From positions 5,766,001 through 5,830,000 of the forward strand of contig OZ024741.1 in NCBI GenBank assembly GCA_964016885.1: a stretch of DNA of 64,000 nt, given 5' to 3'. The notes beneath the pieces were generated by a model that saw only the letters and a list, made by a program, of their open reading frames with translations, was not told where the DNA came from and did no database searches. Made by a program: the position numbers and the translations under genes. This document shows positions 1 through 7,765 of the stretch, piece by piece. The stretch comes from Eledone cirrhosa. Lineage: Eukaryota. Positions within the stretch are counted from its first letter, which is position 1. Every line of letters begins with the position of its first letter.

Positions 1-130
1 CGTATTCAGCTGTAAAAAAACAGCCCAAAACAGTCCTATACGAGCGAGACACAGTCACCTGACCCACCTCTAATGGGACAAAACCATGTTACCCATGCTT
101 GCTGGCATGGAAGATAGATGATGATGATGA
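1..130 (+). mobile_element. 3' end of a (TGA)n-tailed SINE/RTE-like interspersed repeat
   Basis: cagctgtaaaa...cccatgcttgctggcatggaagatag(atg)n is a diverged reverse complement of the copies at 138-420, 5365-5556 and 6654-6910. Confidence 0.55.
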
Positions 131-137
131 TATATAT

Positions 138-420
138 CATCATCATCATCACTGTTTTACGTCCGTTCTTCCACACTAGCATGGGTTAGACAGGTTGTCC
201 TGTAGAGGGGAGTGTCCGGTCGGCTGACCTTGTCTTGCTCATACAGGAACTGATTCTGGCTTGATTTCTACAGCTGGATGCCCTTCCTAACACCAACCTC
301 ATTTACAGTGAGTGCTGGATGCTTTTTTTCCGAGGTGCCTACACGTCCACTTTACAGTGTGGGCTGGGTGCTTTTTTGCCATGGCACCTCCACGACTACT
401 TTGCAGTGGGAGGGTGTGGG
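138..420 (-). mobile_element. (TGA)n-tailed SINE/RTE-like repeat copy with internal ~55-bp subrepeats
   Basis: (cat)n-ttttacgtccg...ctagcatgggttagacagg...tttctacagctggatgcccttcctaacaccaacc recurs at 5365-5556 and 6654-6910. The block ccactttacagtg...gctttttt is repeated internally. Confidence 0.75.
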
Positions 421-967
421 GCGTATTGTCTATATGCTTCAGCATCGGCTTGTACCCGCAGGGGGTCGGGTCTTCTGTATTACTGCGTGATGCCAGAGGT
501 CACGGTCGTGTATATGTATATATAATAGAATAATCGCTAATGGCTTTAAAAATACATATTAATTTTATTAAACATGGCAAGTTTTCAAATGTGTTTTCAA
601 TCCTCACATGAGAACATAAACCAAATATGGCCAACCTTTTAAAGATAGTAACTCTATTATGTGTTCCACCAGCCAACAGACTGAGACCATGCTGGGGCAC
701 TGCCATTGTATGTTGACTGGTTTAAATAGCAGAGTGAGCTACTCTGCAGATCTCTGTGCTGGTTTCTTTCTAATATTTATTACTATTTGCTCTTGAATTG
801 TGTTTTGTACTACTTTTATTGTTTCCTTTAAAGGAATGTTCTTATATTACTGTCACCCCCTGCCTATATCTGTTCTGGATGAATGAACATATACATAGAA
901 ATCCTTCAGGTGATATATTTCTGAAAATTTACACCATAATCTGTACATATTAATTTCTTACAAACTC

Positions 968-1020
968 ACTCTCTCTCTCTCTCTCACACACTATCTCTCT
1001 CCCCCTCTCTCTCTCTCTCT
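968..1020. repeat. (CT)n microsatellite, interrupted
   Basis: Direct reading of the sequence. Confidence 0.9.
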
Positions 1021-1233
1021 TATTATTAATACTTGACACAAGCATGCTTTGTATTATTTTAAAGATATTTATTATATCTTTGGAGGTGATAAATGTCCAC
1101 TTTTTTTTAACTCCAGTGTCTCATATGACCAAATATTTCTATCTCTAGGGTCTTATACACTCAACTTCTTGGTGTTCAAGACGTTTGCTGCAGCTGGGCT
1201 GCTAACATCAAAGTTCTTGTCATTGTTGGTGGC

Positions 1234-2770
1234 TCACCTTACCTAGGTGTCAAGTGAGGGTGCTTGGTTGTTTCAGCACCTTAGCCTCACCATCACCTCA
1301 CCTTACCTAGGTATTAGGTGAGGGTGCTTGGTTGTTTCAGCACTTTAGCCTCGCCATCAACTCACCTTGCCTAGGTGTCAGGTGAGGGTGCTTGGTTGTT
1401 TCAGCACCTTAGCCTCGCCATCACCTCACCTTATCTAGGTGTCAGGTGAGGGTGCTTGATTGTTTCAACACCTTAGCCTCACCATCACCTCTCCTTATCT
1501 AGGTGTCAGGTGAGGGTGCTTGGTTGTTTCAACACCTTAGCCTCGCCATCACCTCACCTTACCTAGGTGTCAAATGAGGGTGCTTGGTTTTTTCAGCACC
1601 TTAGCCTCGCCATCACCGCACCTTACCTAGGTGTCAGGTGAGGGTGCTTGGTTGTTTCAACACCTTAGCCTCGCCATCACCTCTCCTTATCTAGGTGTCA
1701 GGTGAGGGTGTTTGGTTGTTTCAACACCTTAGCCTCGCCATCACCTCACCTTATCTAGGTGTCAGGTGAGGGTGTTTGGTTGTTTCAACACCTTAGCCTC
1801 GCCATCACCTCACCTTACCTAGTTATCAGGTGAGGGTGCTTGGTTGTTTCAGCACCTTAACCTCGCCATCACCTCACCTTACCTAGGTGTCAGGTGAGGG
1901 TGTTTGGTTGTTTCAGCACCTTAGCCTCGCCATCACCTCACCTTACCTAGTTATCAGGTGAGGGTGCTTGGTTGTTTCAGCACCTTAGCCTCGCCATCAC
2001 CTCACCTTACCTAGGTGTCAGGTGAGGGTGTTTGGTTGTTTCAACACCTTAGCCTCGCCATCACCTCACCTTACCTAGGTGTCAGGTGAGGGTGTTTGGT
2101 TGTTTCAGCACCTTAGCCTCGCCATCACCTCACCTTATCTAGGTGTCAGGTGATGGTGCTTGGTTGTTTCAGCACCTTAGCCTCGCCATCAACTCACCTT
2201 ACCTAGGTGTCAGGTGAGGGTGCTTGGTTGTTTCAGCACCTTAGCCTCGCCATCAACTCACCTTACCTAGGTGTCAGGTGAGGGTGCTTGGTTGTTTCAG
2301 CACCTTAGCCTCGCCATCAACTCACCTTACCTAGGTGTCAGGTGAGGGTGCTTGGTTGTTTCAGCACCTTAGCCTCGGCATCACCTCACCTTACCTAGGT
2401 GTCAGGTGAGGGTGCTTGGTTGTTTCAACACCTTAGCCTCGCCATCAACTCACCTTACCTAGGTGTCAGGTGAGGGTGCTTGGGTGTTTCAGCACCTTAG
2501 CCTCGCCATCACCTCACCTTACCTAGGTGTCAGGTGAGGGTGCTTGGTTGTTTCAGCACCTTAGCCTCGCCATCACCTCACCTTACCGAGGTGTCAGGTG
2601 AGGGTGTTTGGTTGTTTCAACACCTTAGCCTCGCCATCAACTCACCTTACCTAGGTGTCAGGTGAGGGTGTTTGGTTGTTTCAACACCTTAGCCTCACCA
2701 TCACCTCTCCTTATCTAGGTGTCAGGTGAGGGTGTTTGGTTGTTTCAACACCTTAGCCTCGCCATCACCC
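1234..2770. repeat. 64-bp minisatellite, ~24 copies
   Basis: Unit cacctcaccttacctaggtgtcaggtgagggtgcttggttgtttcagcaccttagcctcgccat; aggtgtc recurs at 1501 and 1565 (period 64). Confidence 0.97.
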
Positions 2771-2799
2771 ACAGTTATGCTCTCAGTGTGTTGACTTAC

Positions 2800-2933
2800 C
2801 TCAAAATATTCCGTTGACCCTTGTGATGTGATGTCTGACCTATTGTCACACTTGGTGGAAAATTGAGGGTCATTTTTTTTTTCTTTCTTTCGCTCAGGTC
2901 ATATAATTTGGCGTATTTATAGTTGTGAGGTTC
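2800..2933 (-). CDS. Candidate coding exon of an unidentified gene (EPHNYKYAKLYDLSERKKKKMTLNFPPSVTIGQTSHHKGQRNIL+AG)
   Basis: The minus strand reads ctgctag|GAA...TTGAG|gtaagt: a consensus donor, 134 nt, with only the phase-0 frame open. The acceptor lacks a polypyrimidine tract and the protein is not recognised. Confidence 0.4.
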
Positions 2934-3628
2934 CTAGCAGTTGTTAGTTGTATTTATTATATGTATATATAGTTGTGAGGTTCCTAGCTGTTGTTAGTTG
3001 TATTTATTATATGTATATATAGTTGTGAGGTTCCTAGCAGTTGTTAGTTGTATTTATTATATGTATATATAGTTGTGAGGTTCCTAGCTGTTGTTAGTTG
3101 TATTTATTATATGTATATATAGTTGTGAGGTTCCTAGCTGTTGTTAGTTGTATTTATTATATGTATATATAGTTGGGAGGTTCCTAACCGTTGTTAGTTG
3201 TATTTATTATATGTATATATAGTTGTGAGGTTCCTATCAGTTGTTAGTTGTATTTATTATATGTATATATAGTTGTGAGGCTCCTAGCAGTTGTTAGTTG
3301 TATTTATTATATGTATATATAGTTGTGAGGTTCCTAGCAGTTGTTAGTTGTATTTATTATACATATATATAGTTGTGATGTTCCTATCAGTTGTTAGTTG
3401 TATTTATTATATGTATATATAGTTGTGAGTCTCCTAGCAGTTATTAGTTGTATTTATTATATGTATATATAGTTGTGAGTCTCCTAGCAGTTGTTAGTTG
3501 TATTTATTATATGTATTTATAGTTGTGAAGTTCCTAGCTGTTATTAGTTGTATTTATTATATGTATATATAGTTGTGAGGTTCCTAGCAGTTGTTAGTTG
3601 TATTTATTATATGTATATATAGTTGTGA
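2914..3628. repeat. 50-bp AT-rich minisatellite, 14 full copies
   Basis: Unit agttgtgaggttcctagcagttgttagttgtatttattatatgtatatat starts at 2921, 2971 ... 3571, with a partial copy at 3621. Confidence 0.97.
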
Positions 3629-4266
3629 TTTAAAAGTTTATATTATTCTATCTTAACGACAACTTTTATAATTACTATATAAAATATATATATATATATA
3701 TGGAAAAGAATGAAACGAAATTTCATTTCTCACTCTTATAATGGCTGGTACTTAAATGTAAGTATGTGTGTATACGTACATACAGTAGTATGTATATATA
3801 TACATGCATGCACACATATATATATGTACGTATGGGTTTACCGAACATTTATTATAATGCTCGGTTTGTTTGTAAACAAACAGCCCGAATTACGCCATAT
3901 ATCGTCACCTTTTTGTTCAACACTCACACAGGAACGATGTACTAGTTTCAAGCTTATTAGCTATCGTCAACATCGTATACCTTTCTGTCAGATGATTGAA
4001 CATCTGAAAGTATATTCTTTCCTTATGCATATTAACGGCTGAGCAGCCTAATTTGCATATCGAGTGAGTTATATATAGCTGCTAAGGTGCAAGTTAGTTG
4101 ATCCGTAGGCGGTATGCCGGGTGAGCACTCGATGGGGAGCAGAGTAGCAATAATATTAATACATAAGGGATCAAAGAATCAGTGTTACATCATATACATA
4201 TTTAATTACATATTACATATGTTTCACTGTCGATCAGCTCGAGGAACGATCGATTAATGATCGAAC

Positions 4267-4362
4267 CTGACTCTGCAATCGGAAGTTCCTCAGATATGTT
4301 TTAACATGTGGACTTGCGTCTGAGAGTGGTTGAATATTATCCCAATTCCTTCTTATATGATA
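4267..4362 (-). CDS. Weak candidate 96-nt phase 0-0 exon (YHIRRNWDNIQPLSDASPHVKTYLRNFRLQSQ)
   Basis: The minus strand reads ggctgtag|TAT...CAG|gttcga with 32 open codons, phase-compatible with the 2933-2800 candidate. The donor is weak. Confidence 0.25.
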
Positions 4363-4811
4363 CTACAGCCATAGGGGTGTGTGATCATATTCACTTGTTG
4401 GTTTGTTTTGGGCCAGATAACAACGGGGGCTTTCTATAATTTAGCGGCTATTATCGCCATCTAGGTCAAGTTGTCGCGTGTATCCATGCCTGTCGATCCA
4501 TCTGCCTGATGTATACTGGTACATTGATTGAAGTAAGCATTAATGAGATAAGGCAATACAAGAATGCAGGGGTGATGAAAAGTACGGGCTAATGGGATTA
4601 AAACATAAAATACAGAATACAAGCCATTGCTGACTACAATATGGCCTATAAGAAATAGAATAAAATAAAAAAATAAAAATATATTATATATATAGATATA
4701 TATGTGTATGTGTATATATATATATATACACACACACATTGATGGTATTCCATACAGAGAAAGTTTTTGCCTCCTTCCACTGCTTATTAATAAGACAAAA
4801 GAGAGTTATAT

Positions 4812-4990
4812 GATTGTTTCTACTTTAGGCACAAGGCCAGCAATTACCCAGTACATTACTGGTACTTTATTTTATCGACCCCGTAAGGATGAAAAGCAAA
4901 GTTAGCCTCGGCGGGATTAGAACTCAGAGGTTAACTTTGCCTTTCATTCTTACAGGGTCGGTAAAATAAAGTACCAGTAATACACTGAGG
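4812..4990. mobile_element. Two head-to-head SINE fragments forming a ~61-bp-arm inverted repeat
   Basis: 4849-4909 is the reverse complement of 4927-4987 with 7 mismatches. The spacer reads on the minus strand as a degenerate Pol III B box (gagttctaatcc). Confidence 0.75.
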
Positions 4991-5364
4991 TAGTTATCTA
5001 ATCTAACTTTATAATGATATAATACAACTATAGCATATGGTTATATGTTGTGTCAAAATTCCCCCACCCCACCCCACACATTTCTGGATGAATAAACACC
5101 TATCAAATCCTCAGGAGATACATTTCCACTTGAATCAGAACATATCACCATGTTTTGACAATAGTTTAACACGTGATAAATATGTGTTAATGGCATGTTT
5201 ATATTATACTAGACACCCCCCCCCCCCCCCCCATCACCCATTCGGTCACGTTCACTTAAAAATATTTTTTTAAAATCATGTTCACTTAGAAATAATTTTT
5301 AAATAATTAAAATACACAGACATGTATATGAGGTAATAATGTAAAATGAAAGTGGAAGGCCCAT

Positions 5365-5556
5365 ATCATCATCATCATCATCATCATTTTTTCATCATCA
5401 TCATTTTACGTCCGCTTTTTCCCTGCTTGCAAGGGTGGGACGGGAACTGATTCTGACTTGATTTCTACAGCTGGATGCCCTTCCTAACACCAACCTCATT
5501 TACAGTGAGTGCTGGCTGCTTTTTTGCCGTGGCACCTCCACGACCACTTTGCAGTG
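5365..5556 (-). mobile_element. (TGA)n-tailed SINE/RTE-like repeat copy, internally deleted
   Basis: Near-identical to 246-410 (ggaactgattctg...gatttctacagctggatgcccttcctaacaccaacctcatttacagtgagtgctgg). Confidence 0.75.
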
Positions 5557-5584
5557 GAATGATAGGGACCCCAGTCCCTATCAT

Positions 5585-5728
5585 CTCATTTCTACAGCTG
5601 AGTAAACTGGAGCAATGTGAAATAAAGTGTCTTGCTCAAGGAAACAACACATCACCTGGTCTGAGAATTGAACTCACAACCTTTCGATTGCAAGGACAAT
5701 GCTCTAACCACTAAGCCATGTGCCTCCA
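5585..5728 (-). mobile_element. tRNA-derived SINE, 5' portion
   Basis: Minus strand has A box TGGCTTAGTGG (5718-5708) and B box GAGTTCAATTC (5675-5665), then a SINE-type body ccttgagcaagacactttatttcacattgctccag. No complete cloverleaf. Confidence 0.8.
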
Positions 5729-5743
5729 TATATATATATATAG

Positions 5744-6092
5744 TCCAGAATTAGCCGTCGAAACGGCTTGAACTTGCCGTCGGGGTCATACTTGTTCCTA
5801 TTACCCACTCTACTACCCTAAGTATTGAGTACTTTGGTGCGTTATGGTCCATCTGGTTCCTTACCATATTTCCTTCGTTATATATATATATATATATACA
5901 TATATATAGGAAAATGTTAATCCCCGACGGCAGAGCTCAAGCCGTTTCAACGCCTATTTCCAGAAATAGCCGTCAGAACGGCTTCAGCTCTGCCGTCAGG
6001 GTTTAACATTTTCCTATTACCCACTCTACTACCCTAAGTATTGAGTACTCTGGTGCGTTATGGTCCATCTGGTTCCTTACCACACTTCCTCC

Positions 6093-6097
<5 letters not shown>
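5744..6097. repeat. Two direct ~137-bp copies (5744-5880, 5959-6097) with an inverted partial copy (5907-5960) between them
   Basis: tcctattacccactctactaccctaagtattgagtact...ggttccttacca occurs twice; 5907-5960 pairs with 5963-6016. Confidence 0.9.
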
Positions 6098-6137
<40 letters not shown>

Positions 6138-6155
6138 ACTCTCTCTCTCTCTCTC

Positions 6156-6190
<35 letters not shown>

Positions 6191-6250
6191 TCATCATCAT
6201 CATCATCATCATCATCGTTTAATGTCTATCTTCCACGCTAGCATGGGTTT
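6098..6250. repeat. Compound (TA)/(TG)/(CT)/(TA)/(CAT) microsatellite ending in a short SINE tail fragment
   Basis: Direct reading; (cat)n-cgtttaatgtctatcttccacgctagcatgggtt matches 6654-6706. Confidence 0.85.
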
Positions 6251-6264
6251 ATATATATATATAG

Positions 6265-6423
6265 ATATATGCAAAAGGTAAACAGTAATAACAACACAAT
6301 CAGTACAGTATATAGAAGGGATATATTAGGTTAATGCTTGAAATAGCAGGAAGAGGGTCTTAATATTTCAGACGTTAGTCCTTCATCAGATGAAAGAATG
6401 AGAAATTATAAAGATTAAAGGGA
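6265..6423 (-). mobile_element. Penelope-like terminal-repeat fragment with a degenerate minimal hammerhead motif
   Basis: Reverse complement of 7314-7472; the minus strand reads CTGATGA-A-GGAC-TAAC-GTCT-GAAA-TATT. Confidence 0.6.
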
Positions 6424-6553
6424 TGGGTGGGCTTTCAATCTACTTTCTCACAACCACTATCTCTTTCTCTCTATCTTTCTCTCTCTCTCTATTTATTAAG
6501 GTACCCAGAAAAACCCCATATCTTGTTTTATTCCATTTGTATCTGCATTTCAG

Positions 6554-6571
6554 GGTCAACTTCCTTTCAAA
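6554..6571 (+). CDS. Candidate 18-nt microexon (GQLPFK if phase 0)
   Basis: tcttgttttattccatttgtatcTGCatttcag|GGTCAACTTCCTTTCAAA|gtatgt: pyrimidine-rich acceptor, GTATGT donor, length divisible by 3, no stop in any phase. Confidence 0.35.
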
Positions 6572-6653
6572 GTATGTTCCCATTATGTGTCCTTTTGGCT
6601 CTATTACATTGCAGACAAGCAAGCAAGCAATCACAGAGTTTTAGTAGTATATA

Positions 6654-6910
6654 TCATCATCATCATCATCATCGTTTAACATCCATCTTCCACGCTTGCA
6701 TGGGTTTGGACGGGAGTTTACCCACTTGAGGCAAGATTGGTTGTCTTGCTCGTATAGGACTGTCTGGCGGGTTTTCTACGGCTGGATGCTCTTCCTAACA
6801 CCAACCACATTTACAGTGTGGGGCTGGGAGGTTTTTACCGTGTTGCCTACACGGCCACATTACAGCGTGGACTGTGTGTTTTTTTTGTCGTGACACCTAC
6901 ACGACCTCAT
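6654..6910 (-). mobile_element. (TGA)n-tailed SINE/RTE-like repeat copy
   Basis: (cat)n-cgtttaacatcc...gcatgggtttggacgg...ttctacggctggatgctcttcctaacaccaacc is homologous to 138-420. Confidence 0.75.
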
Positions 6911-7313
6911 TTGTTTCGGACTGGATGTTGTGGTACCAACATAACTTCAAATTGAAGGGGGTGGTGTGGATGGGGTGGGGATAGTGGGACAGGGGTGTAT
7001 TTTTGTTAGAGGTGCCTACTGACTGTAGGTTTCGCTTTGTACTTAGGCAAGGCGAGTCTTCTGTATAACTGTGTAGCGCCAAAGATCTCAGTCCAGTGAC
7101 ATTGTGATGGAGAGGTGTAAGTGTGTTAGGTCGGAATTTATCAAGTCGTCCCAGGTTTTATAGATTTCATATTTTCTGAACAATAGAATTATTGGTGACT
7201 ACAGTGAAGGAGTATGGCTTAGAAATGAGTTGCGATGTCACTGGTGTCAAGTTGCATCGACCATTGCCTCTCCCTTGAGCAACAAGACATCTTTTCCAAT
7301 TCCATCCCGCCGG

Positions 7314-7472
7314 TCCTCTCAATCTATCTTATTTCTCATTCTTTTGTCTGATGAAGGACTAGCGTCCGAAACGTTAAGACACTCTTCCTGCTATATCAAG
7401 AATTAACCTAATATATACCTTCCATATACTGTACTGATTGAGTTGTTATTTCTGTTTACCTTTTACATATAT
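7314..7472 (+). mobile_element. Penelope-like terminal-repeat fragment
   Basis: Inverted partner of 6265-6423; contains the minimal hammerhead motif characteristic of Penelope-like elements. Confidence 0.6.
7341..7381 (+). ncRNA. Minimal type I hammerhead ribozyme motif
   Basis: CTGATGA (7348-7354), extra A, stem II GGAC/GTCC with TAGC loop, GAAA (7368-7371), palindromic ACGT stem III. Stem I is poorly formed. Confidence 0.6.
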
Positions 7473-7507
7473 ATGATGATGATGATGATATATATATATA
7501 TATATAT

Positions 7508-7567
7508 GTCCCACCCTTGCAAGCAGGGAAAAGCGGACGTAAAATGATGATGATGATGATGATGATG
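7508..7567 (+). mobile_element. 3' tail of the (TGA)n-tailed repeat
   Basis: gtcccacccttgcaagcagggaaaagcggacgtaaaa(tga)n is almost the exact reverse complement of 5395-5441. Confidence 0.75.
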
Positions 7568-7649
7568 TACATATATATATATATATAAACTCTACGTGAG
7601 CTGATAATCTACTGTGTGTAATATTTATATTACAACACAACGGAAAATA

Positions 7650-7652
<3 letters not shown>

Positions 7653-7710
<58 letters not shown>
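7653..7710. repeat. (TA)n microsatellite, ~29 units
   Basis: Direct reading of the sequence. Confidence 0.95.
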
Positions 7711-7713
<3 letters not shown>

Positions 7714-7765
7714 CATGTTCGTTATCACCGTTTTACCTATGCTAGCATGGGTTAGACAGGTTGTC
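7711..7765 (-). mobile_element. Truncated SINE tail fragment abutting the satellite
   Basis: ctagcatgggttagacaggttgtc is identical to 176-199. Confidence 0.7.

Noticed and set aside
278-706. ORFs 278-490, 312-533, 319-525 and 500-706
   Set aside because: Short and overlapping, mostly inside a SINE-like repeat; the same MPFLTPTSFTV start recurs at 5475 because the repeat does.
1153-1233. Minus-strand open stretch ATNNDKNFDVSSPAAANVLNTKKLSV* as the next exon
   Set aside because: Preceded by an in-frame TGA, with no AG in the phase needed to join the phase-2 donor at 2800.
4454-4469. CTCF-like motif tcgccatctaggtc
   Set aside because: Partial match only; the 3' half departs from CGCCATCTAGTGG.
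5246-5305. Two ~31-bp direct copies (caYgttcactta...tttttaaa)
   Set aside because: A trivial local duplication with no further structure.
5650-5728. Functional tRNA gene
   Set aside because: A and B boxes are present but acceptor and anticodon stems do not pair, and a SINE body follows.
3710-7640. Remaining 60-110 aa ORFs in the track
   Set aside because: Most are kept open by (TA), (CT), (CAT) or poly-C tracts (YIYI, LSLS, HHHH) or lie in repeat copies; no recognisable domain.
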